Positions 1 to 11,650 of a stretch of DNA of 64,000 nucleotides are shown here, one piece after another. The translations under genes were made by a program, and so were the position numbers. The stretch is from Azolla caroliniana (lineage: Eukaryota > Plantae > Polypodiophyta). The notes below the pieces were generated by a model. That model had not been told where the DNA came from. It searched no databases and saw only the letters and a program-made list of their open reading frames with translations. Each line of letters starts with the position of its first letter. Within the stretch, counting starts at the first letter, position 1. The DNA lies in NCBI GenBank assembly GCA_043228905.1, contig JBHGNT010000010.1:8184001-8248000 (forward strand), read 5' to 3'.

Positions 1-1232
1 GTGCATCCAGCCTTCTAGTTGGAACTTGAGCTTAAGCCATCTATCACAAGCCGCATAAAAGCCATTGCTATAATGGGTTCCTAAAGTCTACAAGACACCA
101 TCTTTGCACATCCTAACATGCTCTTTTGCTATGGTGACTGATCCATTTTGATATTTAAAGAATGTTCAAAACTTTGCATACTTATGGTGAATTAAATGGG
201 AAAATATGGTTCCCAGATTCATTCGCTTATAGGAAGCAATGGTTTGTTCTATTCATTCTAAAAATTAAGAAATAAGGTAAGACTACATTCAGTTACTGAT
301 CAATGGTCATCAATTTCACTATCACAGATGCCGACTTCTATCAAGTCAAATTTCTTGACAGGTACGTGAATAAAAAATTACTGTTAAAACTCAAGCAACA
401 GTTTTTGAGTGATAAATTCATGTATGCATCATGGATTGTCTCATATGCACACATTCGCATTCCATCATTGGTATGACAAATTAACCATTACTAAGTAAGT
501 AAATAACATGAGGCCAAGGATGACGGCCTCACCCACCAACTGAAACTGAAGCCCATCAGTTTACATGATGTCTTTTCACATCCCAAACTACAAGTGAACA
601 ATTTTTACAAATTTATACAAAATTGAGAAACAACTGAAGGAGTGCAAGATGGATTACATACGCCCTATGTTTACCAACTGACCCACATCATTAACCAAAT
701 CATGGTTGATTAATTGATCCAGCATGTGCGTGCACATATGCTCGATTGCTTGATTTGTCAAGTGACTTTACATCAAAAAGTGAAACCACACTATTCCCCA
801 ATAGCCAACGATTTCTTAATGGCGAATGGAAGGACATGTCATGTATGCACACGCTACAAATGTGAAGAGCAGGGCCGTAAACATTGTCTAAACTCCTCAT
901 ACCTAAGAGAGAAAATAAGGAGACATTAAAATACCACAAAAGTGCACCTCATATTTTTAAAAACCTAGCTTCAAGCTATAGCTGCAGGCTGCATTTTTGT
1001 GCATTGGCCATTCTGAGAGAGGAATATGTGTATCTGAATCTCAACCCCGGCTTGCCAGCCTCAGATAACAAATATTACAACGTTTCAAAACATTCAATCA
1101 TTTGCATCTTACTTAGCTCTTTTTTTAAGTTTTCAAACAAAGCTCTGACGTGATTCCAAGATGAACACCGCGGATGTACAGGGAACCTGACGAATTTGCA
1201 CGATAAACAGAGTGGTGATGGACATAACTTTA

Positions 1233-4200
1233 TCAATTCAGGATTGCAAGGCTCTCCAAGGTTTCAAGGATTTCTTTGCAACTTGAGCGTTTCGTCTCTT
1301 CCATCACAGCTGCCCCAACATCCGATGAAAGAAGGTTCTGCAATTTCTCCTCAAACTTTTGTCCTTCATCCCACTTCCCGGCCCTATAGAATGCTTGGCA
1401 CAGTACTCTGTATGTTATTGGTGTTGGCTCAATCCCAGCATCTTGCATCTCTTTATAAACTTCCAAAACGTTTGACAACCTTCCTAGCTTTTCATAGCCA
1501 CCGAGAAGGGCAGTGTATGTGATGACATTTGGTTTATAACCATGCTTCAGCATTATGTTCAAAAGCTTATGAGCAGCTTCAGCTTTGCCAGCGAATCCAA
1601 GACCATTGATTAGCACAGAGTATGTGAAGTTATTAGGTTCATGGCCCGCTTGCAACATTTGCCCATACACTTCCATAGCCCTTTGATACATTCCATCTCT
1701 CATTAGAATATCAATGACTCCCGTGTAAACTGCTCCATCTGGGTGCGTGCCCATCTTTTCCATCTTCATCAAGACCTTGAGGGCCCCTTCAGCATCTCTA
1801 CATGAGCTATAACATTCTACAATTTGATTAAACACCCAAGGTGGAACTTCAAGACCAAGCTCATGCATTTCATCCAACAAGCAATCAATGAGAACGAACC
1901 GTCTTGCAGTTAAAAGAATAGTTATCATCTTTATGTATGTTTGTGCATCATGTTTGTAGTCTGGCACACTCCTTAGCCATTCAAAGAACCCAAAGGCAAC
2001 ATCTACATCTTCCAGATCTTTCATGAGATAAGCCGCTACACGTGCAGTCCATTGAAAACCCATCTTCTTAAGAGTAAGGGCTGTGTCTGGATTCCATGGT
2101 GTTAAGATACTTGCTAGGGTGCCCTTATCAACCTCCAGGTCTTCATCAGTATCTTCAAACTCAGATCCAGTGGTTGTGCCTTCGTCTGATTTTCCTGATG
2201 AAGCAGAAGTATCTCCTCCACTGCTTGTTGGCTCGTTGGCATAAGCAAAGTATGCCTCCCAGTATTGTTCCAACAATTCAGTGCTTTTCCCAGCTTCTAT
2301 ACACGCCTTACGTACCTTCTGCATTAGTTTCCTGTTTGGGTCACGATGTGTTACCTTCATGTGCAAAAGCAAACCCATTGCACTGTCAAGGTCACCACCA
2401 GGCTTCAAATTTGCAGTTATAAGCAAGTTATATGTGGGTTGAAAAGGCCGTACTCCAAGGCGGGGCATTTTTCTGATAATTGTAAATGCTGCTTCAAGCT
2501 TTCCAGCTGATACGAGACTCCGAATCAACAAGTGATAGGTCTCAGCATTAGGGGCACAATGGGTTTGTAACATATCCTTATAGCACTCCAAAGCTTGCTG
2601 GTGTTTCTTTGTATTCAGAAGAAAACCAATCACACGATTGTATGTTTCCGTGTCTAGCTTAAGACCCATCTGCTTTAAAGAGGCCCAGAATTCCATAGCT
2701 TTGTCATAATCCCCAGCTTTAGCATAAGCTCGCATTAGGCTTGTATAAGTGTCAACATCAAGTTCGCAGCCATCGGCTTTCATATCTTCGAATAACTGCT
2801 TCAAGAATTCAGTGCTTTTCTCGGATTTAAACTTCCTAAGCATTACCAAGTATGTTTGTTTATCATGTTTGAAATCATTATGACCTCTGGCCCATAAAAA
2901 GAACTCCCATGCTTGGGATGCCGGAAGCTTCTTTACGACTTCATTGACAACCGAGGCAGTAAGTCGTACATTCAAGCCCTGAAGTTTTGGCTTTATATCA
3001 TCTGCACCTTCAAGCACGTCAAGTATCCTTTTAACCACCATCTTTTGGGCAACTGTTTTCTCAACATCAAAGAATTGTGTTGGTCGATATCGATTCAGGT
3101 ACTTCCTGCGAGAGGAGGAGCCATAATTGCTTTATATTAAGGAAAATGGAAACTTTTTCTCCAATGATATTTAAATACAGGATATGTTTTGGGGCAATAG
3201 AGGTTAGAGATCATATCCTCTTTGCAGACGCAATAATACCAAACATACTAAGCCAATCCTTTTTTAAACATTAATTAACATTGGGCAGATGTTCCACCAT
3301 AACAATATAGAGCCTACAATGATTTGCAAAAGCAACAAGCATTTCTGGATAGTGTAAAGCATAATGAAAGGGCTCTCAAACAAGTTCTCATACAAAAGCT
3401 TAGTAGATATTTAGTTGTTTAAACCACAATGAAAAATTCAAATACCTCATCTGAGCACTCTGCTTGATAATGCCCACCTTCTGCTTAATTGGTGTAGAAG
3501 CTGTCTCCTTTGAACCAGACCCAGAATTAGAACTCCTGCATTAGGAACATTTAGAACATATTATTTAAAACAAATGATCAATGCTTTTACTTATCCACTG
3601 TAATTTCTAGTGCTTCTTAGACATTGGGACATTATGTTTTCGGAATATCCAGTGCATTTCTTATCTCATCAGTTACAAAAGTATGGATGTAGAACCACCT
3701 ATACCAAGTGTATAACCATATCCTCGATTGCTCGAGACAAAACAAAAATGCCTCAGCCAATTCTCAACATAAAACATACTTGGAGAAAGCTCGGACCAGG
3801 CGTGGACATGAGAAACCACAAATCGATTTTATCAAATGCATATTGTTTGCTTCACTGCTCTCACCACATCGCACTTCCTGAATCATAAAGGCATGTCCGA
3901 AAGGTGAGCAAAATAATACCGGACTGACAAGCGAGTTTTTGTGAAGAAAGACTTGGCAACAAACGATACTTCAGTGAACATTTGAAACCTGGTTAAAATC
4001 GTTTCATGGTGATGGAACTCTTCCCTTGTGCACAACTATACAAACAAGAGTGTGGAAAAGAAGACAAAGAGAGAGAGAGAGAGAGAGAGAGGGAGGGAGA
4101 GGGAGAAGCGGGCATTTTGTTTGATTCTAATCGATTTAAAAGCCGAGCAAACCTGCGAAGAAGACTTCATGGCAATGTCGATGGGAGAATTCTGTTTAGG

Positions 4201-4278
4201 TGGGGAGCATAGTCGATGTCTGGGATGAGGGGAGAGGGGAGAGCATGTGGGGCGACGAATCAAAGCCTTCTTCAACAT
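1233..4278 (-). CDS. P-class pentatricopeptide repeat (PPR) protein, probably organelle-targeted; exons 4278-4153, 3877-3780, 3535-3446, 3105-1233 (728 aa)
   Basis: The 602-aa ORF has tandem 35-aa PPR motifs (e.g. TYTSLMRAYAKAGDYDKAMEFW, TYSVLINGLGFAGKAEAAHKLL) in two blocks split by an acidic S/T/D/E linker. Three upstream GT-AG exons (126, 98, 90 nt) join in phase with no stops. The N-terminus is basic and Ser/Pro-rich. From memory the architecture resembles Arabidopsis At5g66631 (unverified). The upstream exons are less certain than the main exon. Confidence 0.9.
4068..4091. repeat. (AG)n microsatellite in PPR intron 1
   Basis: Perfect AG run. Confidence 0.9.
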
Positions 4279-5746
4279 GGCAACCTTGGCAGGAGAGACG
4301 AAGAGAGCAGATGGACAGAGACAGAGACAGAGACAGAGAGGAAGGAGCAGAACAGAAACAGAGAGCAGAGGAATATATACATATGTATATGCATTGAGGC
4401 CTAAAACCTTCGCTAAGTATTTGGGCTCCCATTTCACACTAGGGCGGACAAAACCAGAGAAGAACACCTCCCCCTAAACATCCGATGATGTGTTGAGCTC
4501 AGGCTTCCGTGATTGGAAGCACACCCCACCCACCACCTCGACGGATGAGGCGAGGCAAGGCGAGGGCCGTCGCGATGGGTAGAGAGATAGGCCCTCGGAA
4601 AACCAGCACTTTCATTTCTTAGCGAATATCTCTGCTCGCTCCCTTCACACCCGCATGAACCATCATCCGAAGATTGATTATGTGTCTATGTTGGCTGGCT
4701 CACTAGCTAGTTGGTTGATTGGTTGGTTGACTAGCAAGTTGATTGGTTTGACAACAATTGTATGCACCTTTCATCCATCCATCCATCCATCCGCATGTGT
4801 GCATGCGTGCGTGCATGGGTCCCTTCGAAAACAGAGAAAATACGACGGTTTGGTTCCAACTTCCACATCTATGTGTGCATCCATTCGTTCGGATGTGTGC
4901 GTTGTGTACTTTTACATTCTTTGAGCCCTTTCACACTATAGTGCCTACTAAGCCTTTATGATTCTCTTTCCTTTTACCCTGTCCTAACCCTTTATTTTAT
5001 TTTATTTTTAAAGTCAAGATTCACCGTGGTATTAATGAAAAGATGCCCAAAGGTTACAAAGAATCCATACAATAATTTACAACCCACCTACCCACATGAA
5101 TTAACATGTCTGGTAGCGGAAACCCTCATCCATGGTCCTTTCAAGACAAGGTGCAGAAAAAAGCCATCTTGGTGGAGCATATCTCCATTTTCCTTCTACA
5201 ATGGTTCTTTTAGTACCACTGCCAATGTAATATAGTCAAAATGGCATTAGAAATGAAGTGTAAGATAGATACTTAACAATTTCCCACAAAACATTAACAT
5301 TTAACAACACTTGCATAAATGGAAAAGTGTTTGTCTAAATTACAAAAATGAAACACAATTGTCATCAAGGTGTGAAATTAACAAATTATCATTAGTAGGA
5401 TTTCATCTCATTATCATCAATAATGAATCTTTCATTTATTCTTTACTATTGACAATCCCATGATCCTCGTTAGAATGAATATTGTTTCTCTTATAACTTG
5501 CATGTCTAACTTCTCACGACTTTTTACTTTCAGCACCTTCCTTAAAAGCAAGATGTATGGTTTTGTCTTTGCGAAATGAGAATCATACTTTGAGTATATC
5601 AACATTCTCCAATTAAAGCTTATGAAAACATATATCCACTTGTGGTGCGTGTTATAGATTACTCCTAATGTTAGCATAAGACAAGGAAATAGAAAATAGA
5701 TAAATAAGAGAAAGAAGGAGAAAGAAAGGTGTCGTTCCACCTGACT

Positions 5747-6050
5747 TGTTGAGAATTGAACTCAACTTCCCATAGGGACAGTGACATTGTTCACACTAGT
5801 TAGTGAACAACTTACTAGGATAGATTTATAATTAGTAGAAAGGGTATTTGCCCTAGACTAGTTGGTATTTAAACCAACCTTTTGTAACTGAGTAATTGTT
5901 GGATGTAATATACACTTTTCTTGTTTAGAGCTCTCTATCTTTGTCTTTGTCTTTGTCTCTCTCTCTCTCTCTCGTCTTATTGCACTAACACATACACAAT
6001 CGCTTCCGTTGCACCACCCACGACTCTCATTCTTTTCATGGTATCAGAGC
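5747..6050 (+). mobile_element. Orphan Ty1/copia-type 5' LTR (5747-6038) plus tRNA-iMet PBS (6039-6050); the rest is interrupted by A1
   Basis: TGTTGA...TTTTCA termini followed directly by TGGTATCAGAGC; no second LTR copy in the window, so the 5' boundary is inferred. Confidence 0.65.
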
Positions 6051-6052
6051 GT

Positions 6053-7203
6053 TGTCGTGAAGATTTTCGACAATAGTGTGTAAATTGTGAGGAACATAGA
6101 AAATCGAGTGTGGTTCTTCTCACAAGATATGAAACAATAATAGTGAAGATACTATTCTAAATAAGTTTAATATCTTGGTACGAAAGGATGGAGGTCTTCA
6201 AGAACTTTCAAATGCACTTTACTACATAAGAAACGGACAACTAAGTGTCAAGTTATGTGGGTATAAAGATTGCGACGAAGAAAAGAAAAACAAAATTGTG
6301 TGATATCCCACATAGACAGGACAAATACGGATCCCAGAGTATATAAGTAGACCAATATCTCTTCATGATATATCTATGTGTTTGGAACATAAAAAGGTTG
6401 AGTTGTATGACTTGACAAATGGATGTAGCTAAGTTCATTGGCTTTGGACGAATCTGGACGAAACCGAACCGGTGACCGGATGGCGATCGGATGGCTACGG
6501 AACTGGATCGGGATGCAAACTAGATGAAACCCGCTCGGGTTGCGGACTGGAAGGAACCGGATGGACCAGACGGGTAGATTTATTGCAACGCATGATGTCT
6601 TGAAGTTTTCCGGTGTGAAACGAACAAAATCGTCTAGTTCTTTGGAGGTCAAGTGAAGGTGTAATATGCACTTAAACATTTGTAAAAACAAGACTAAAAA
6701 GCATAGTAAAAAGAAAATTTTGTATACAAAGGGGTGCAACTAAGAATTTGAACCTTGCACCTCCAAGTTGAAAGTCAATAGGCTTACCACTAAGCCAAGT
6801 ATCTTCAAAAGTTTTACTTTGATCATTTTACATGTAAATTCTCATTCATGAGAGCTTAGATGATGACATGGCAAACATGCATTACGTGCATGTCTTGCAC
6901 CCTCACATGCACCATATGCATGGGGGCATCTATAAAAGAGTGGAGGAATCAAGCAAGAGAAAACTAATGAAAAATTTGGGAAAAATAAGAAAATTGTTAT
7001 CCTATTGTTGATGTATCTTGTCCCTCAAATCTAAAGTTAAGCTTTTAATCTTTATCTGAATCTCTCTCTTTCTCCATATCAATTTCACTCAATCTATCTT
7101 AAATACTTTCTCGCTAAAGCTAGTACAAACTTCAAATCCTTCCGGTCCAGAACCCCGGCGGTTCCGCCTCACGATCTGCACATAGTGATGGATTTTCACG
7201 ACA
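6053..7203 (+). repeat. 5' LTR of A1
   Basis: TGTCGTGAAGAT...ATTTTCACGACA inverted termini; the first ~580 bp recur at 32204; collinear with the A2 LTR at 60136-61226. Confidence 0.9.
6741..6797 (-). promoter_or_regulatory. tRNA-derived Pol III A/B-box module inside the A1 LTR, antisense
   Basis: Minus strand TGGCTTAGTGG...GGTTCAAATTC at tRNA spacing, with D-stem GCTT/AAGC. Confidence 0.6.
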
Positions 7204-7211
7204 TAATTAAG

Positions 7212-7229
7212 TGGTGAACCCGACTTGAA
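7212..7229 (+). promoter_or_regulatory. PBS complementary to the tRNA-Trp 3' end
   Basis: TGGTGAACCCGACTTGAA; the A2 copy reads TGGTGAACCCGACGTGAA, matching plant tRNA-Trp ...TTCACGTCGGGTTCACCA as recalled. Confidence 0.8.
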
Positions 7230-7275
7230 AGAGGCGGTAGGAAGGATCAAGTCGAGGATCAACCGATACTTGGAG

Positions 7276-10200
7276 ATGGTGTCCTCAAGCAATCAAGCGG
7301 GAGAGTTCGAAAGGATGATGCTAATCGTCGAACAAATGATGAGATCTCGGGACAATGATGCGAGCGTGGAGAAGGCCGTCGACCGTGTTGTAGAGCTCGA
7401 GGGTCAATTTGATGGAAGGAACATTACGAAGTTCCTTGATGCATATAGAAGGGAGATGAATCAGAGGGACGTGTCTGAAGTGCGTCAAATCACAAGTTTC
7501 AAGAGAGTGGTCGCCAACAACATTCAAAGACGCGTCATTGAGCTTCAAGAAGGCAAGACAACATGGTCTGAATTCGAGAAAGCGATATTAGTGGAGTTTG
7601 CGACGGAAGATTTGTCGAGGATGACTCGACCTGCCTTGATGAAGTGGATAGAGAAGAAAAATAAGAAGATGAGCACTTCGAGGGTGTACGCCGAGTTCGA
7701 CCAAATGTTTAGTCGTCTCCCCAACACGGACCAAGTGGTGCTTGAGGAGGACAAGACTTTGTACTTCTTGAAAGCTGTGGATATGAAGGATAGACGAGAA
7801 TTGGGGACTCTTCTTGAAGATGATACCCAAGCAAATGGGCTTGTGGCAGAATGGATTGCGGTGAAGCGAGCGTGCAATAGGCTCGACAAGCGTTGTTAGT
7901 GGGTTGATGACACCGACATGGCAGGATTGACTGTAATAGAGAAAACAAGACAACCGAAAGTAGCGGAGCTGCCCAAACAAAGTAACTCGGAAGAAAAGAA
8001 GATTGATGATGACATCATCGAAGAACTAGCGAAGAAGTTCGAGATGGTCACGCTAGCCAACATGAATCGTTAGGGCCCCAAAGGAAAAGAACCCTTTAGA
8101 TGCGTGTGGTGCGATAACATGGACCACATGAGAAGGGATTGTGCGAACCTTCGAGACGTCATTCGACTAAATATTGTATACATGGATGGCAACATGATCT
8201 ACTCAAGTGAGACTAGAACACCCCTACGAGTGAATTTCGGAAGAGGGGGAATGAAGAAAGCCATGGAAGATGCTGACACGACTCATGTGGATGTGATGCA
8301 CTATGATGCATTGGCCGGAATAAGAGTCGGGAAAGACAAAACTGAAGCTGCTAGAGCGGGAGCAAAGTTTTGGTCTACCGTTCTCGAGTATGAGAACAAG
8401 GGAAAGGTCACTTTGAACGGGGTAGAGCTTGCGAACCGAAGTGTGCAAAGCATAACCGGATGGTCGGATCCTGTGGATGACAACACCATACTCGCGGAAG
8501 TGATGTGTGCAACCACGAGGTGTTCATGGATGAAAAGAGAAAAAGAATGGAAGGGCAAGACAACCCATCAAAAAAACATGAAACAAGGAGCACAGAAAAG
8601 AAAGAAGATGCAGAAACGAGTCGAGATTTACAAACGGAGGAAGGAAACTCAAGCCGGAAAGGGGAGTTGAGCAAACGAGTTGAAGAAACGGTACAACCCA
8701 TGAAGGTTGGTGTCGAAGACCCCGCTCGGAAGACAAGAACTATGCCTACCTATAAGCTAAGGTTGGACATAGAGCAAACAACAGATCTGAAGAAGATTCT
8801 TGAGGAACGTTGTCGCGGAAATCCGCGCGTGCGTGTAAGATTAGGCGGGACCACCGGGGTCTTGAACTAGGGAGTAAGAGGGGAAGTGGGAGCTTAACCC
8901 TTACGAGCTTTCAAGCACAAAAGAGGAAGAACAAGGCGCGAAGATTGACAAGAGAATGGGCTAGACCGAGCCAAGTTTCACCAAGCAAATTCCATTACCA
9001 AGACACACAATGATTTGCAACCGCGGCCATATACGCCGGCTCAAGCATAACTAGACGAAACCCTAACCGAATAGTAAAGTAGGAGAAGAATGAAACCCTA
9101 ATGGTCTACCCAAAACAACAAAATGGTGACCATCTCAAAGTGAAAGCCCTTTATAAAACACGGTTTGATTACAATGGAGAGGGACGGAAATGGGAATTTG
9201 TGACGACGATGACCACGAAACACGAGCACACCAAGCATAATCTCGAATACAACGAGAGCACGAGCACACCACATGAACCGAGAACCATGTACCACGAGAG
9301 TCGACGACACCAACACCATAAACCTTGAACCACACGAAAGGCGAGCTCACAGACTTGTGACGACGAACGCGGGCACCAACACCATGGACCGAGAACCACC
9401 CGAACGGCGAGCACACGGGCTCGCAACGACGAACGGAGTGAAGCAACGCCGGACCAACGAGCTTCGGGCTCACGGGCACCAACACCAACACAAGGCCACG
9501 GACCCACCTCAAGATGAGAATGTGAATTAGAGAGATCAAGAACCCATAAGAACAAATGAGCAAGAAAAGAAGAAGTATTGAAACCCTAAACCCTAAACCC
9601 TATCTAGAAGAAGACAAGAAAGAACTCATTCACCCTAAACCCAAGAGAAGGTAGAGGTCTAAGTAAACAAGAAAACCCTAAAACGAAACCCTCATGGTGC
9701 CATCCCCAAAACCCTAGAAAACCCTAGAAATTGAAGAGAAGAAGATAATTCCCCAAACCCTAACTACCTCTCAAACCCCAAAATGGCCGACCCTAATGAG
9801 CCCCTCTCGACCTTTTTTTATAGCTAAAAAAGGAAAGAGTTCCCCACATCGTCCCTTCAATACAAAAGGAATAAAATTCCTTAAATCACGTTGCACCCTC
9901 TACTTGGACTTGAACCATGTACCTTAAGTTAGGGGATAGTACATCTATCCATTAGCCCTTTCACTTCCTATTACTTATCTAGAAAAGCATACTCTCTCTC
10001 CTCCCTACTTTTCACCTCCCCTCTCTCTTATTTTTTACACGAAACCCTATACCTCCTTTTCACCCTTCCTTTTCCCTTTTCTTTTTTATGTGCACAACTA
10101 ATTGCCTTTGTGTGCACACACATTGCACATGCACATTTTGACCCCCCTTTCGCTGGTTTTTCCCACACTCGAGCATGACATATCATGAAAATGTGTTCTT

Positions 10201-10860
10201 GATAGCCATGTGAGCTTGTCCTTGAGGGAATTGCTCGGCATTACGAAGAAGGAGTTCCATGATATGATCGTGAACCTTATAAAGAGAAAAAGACAACAAT
10301 CGGACGAGGAAGAAGAGAAGCCATTAAAAGCAAAAACAAATGCCATAACGATGACAAGGGATGAAGTCGATGACGATATGGTGGACAACCACTATACTCG
10401 ACCTCATTGGGCATGAGCGACAACGGAGACGCCGGTGAAGATCGGGGAGAAGAAAGAGATCGTGGTAGCCTTGATCGACCATGGCTCGGAGATCAACCTC
10501 ATGTTGACCGAGTTCTATATAAAAGGGAGATGGTCAATTAACACAAACCACGAATGCAAGATTCGAGCGACAACAAAGACCCTAGAGGACTTGTACGGAG
10601 CTTGTCCCAATGTTAAAGTCACGATTAGGGATGTGGAGATGGATCAACACTTCTTCGTGCAAGAATCGGCTTCGCATCTTGTCATCCTAGGACAACTGTA
10701 TATCACATCTTCCCGGATGGAGACCAAGGTGTTCGATAATGGAGCAACCTTCACGTGGATGAAGAGTCTTGACAACCAAAGATTTGTTCAATTCCTAACG
10801 GTGTGAGCTAATCATGAAAGAAATCAAGATAACCTTGGAGGTGATTCCTTGGATTTTTAG
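7276..10860 (+). pseudogene. A1 gag-protease, interrupted by a solo LTR at 8811-10190; stops and a frameshift
   Basis: Zinc knuckle CVWCDNMDHMRRDC; protease motif ALIDHGSEINL; ends GGATTTT-TAG. Confidence 0.85.
8811..10190 (-). mobile_element. Solo LTR of the Trp-primed gypsy group
   Basis: Family-type termini; flanked by ACGT/ATGT; host gag resumes (E-R-V-L-D); similar to 17907-19456. Confidence 0.8.
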
Positions 10861-11581
10861 AGTGGACTATTGAAGAATGGGGCACAAATATTCTGAGCGA
10901 TCACAATTCCCCACAAGAAAGTAGATTGTGTGGATTGCAAGGAGAAACAACATGTGTCACACCTAGTGGCGCATGTAAACTAGTACTACCCAACAAGAAG
11001 GACAAGTGTTGGATACAAGACTTCGAGAAGATGCTGAAAGAAGAAAACATAATAGAAGAAGAAGAATTTGTGATTCATATTATGGAAGAGGCCTCATTTA
11101 ACGACACCATCGGTGAAATCGAGGAAGTCGTGGACTTGAGCTATCTTCACGATCAACACGTGATTTCGGTTAACTCCGTCAACATGTATGCTATCATTGA
11201 TGAATATCATCGAGGCATCTTGATGGAGGAAGCTGGAGTCAACACAAAATATAAAACGGTGGATAGAAAGATCAAGCCAATTGCGGTTCCGCTACCAAAA
11301 GTTAGTTGGCAAAAGATGAAGGAAGTCACTAATGATCCAAGCTTAAGGGATCCAAAGAAAATAGGTCATGTCTTCACCGAAGAGACGAAAGGCAAGCTAC
11401 GAGTTGGAAGGGAGGATTTCCTCCTCCTTGAAGAGGAGTGAATATTCCGAAGAATGCTTGAAAGACATGGGAAGGCTTTCACATTTTTCCCACAAGGAAT
11501 CGGATGTGCTGATCCAAGGACGATAGAACCAATGGTGATCTTCATGGTGCCGCATGTGCCTTGGAATTTGAAACCGATACC
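10861..11581 (+). pseudogene. A1 pol part 1 (pre-RT region and RT start)
   Basis: KYKTVDRKIKPIAVPLP...PHVPWNLKPIP; collinear with the A2 ORF 57004-58338. Confidence 0.85.
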
Positions 11582-11597
11582 TGTCATGATATGGCAA

Positions 11598-11650
11598 GAC
11601 TCGAACCCATGACTTTATGCTACATGGGTCGAGATCTTACCATTAGACTA
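11598..11650 (-). promoter_or_regulatory. tRNA-like A/B-box module at the start of the J LTR, antisense (also 16838-16890)
   Basis: Minus strand TAGTCTAATGG...GGGTTCGAGTC, 44-nt offset, D-stem GTCT/AGAT. Confidence 0.6.

Noticed and set aside
200-370. Possible plus-strand micro-exons (AG/GT-bounded)
   Set aside because: The implied intron is only ~50 nt and no coherent or recognisable protein results
4036-4467. 143-aa stand-alone ORF
   Set aside because: Only 4278-4153 fits the spliced PPR model; the rest is UTR or intron microsatellite sequence
9581-9602. Telomere or chromosome-healing site
   Set aside because: Only three units, internal to an LTR
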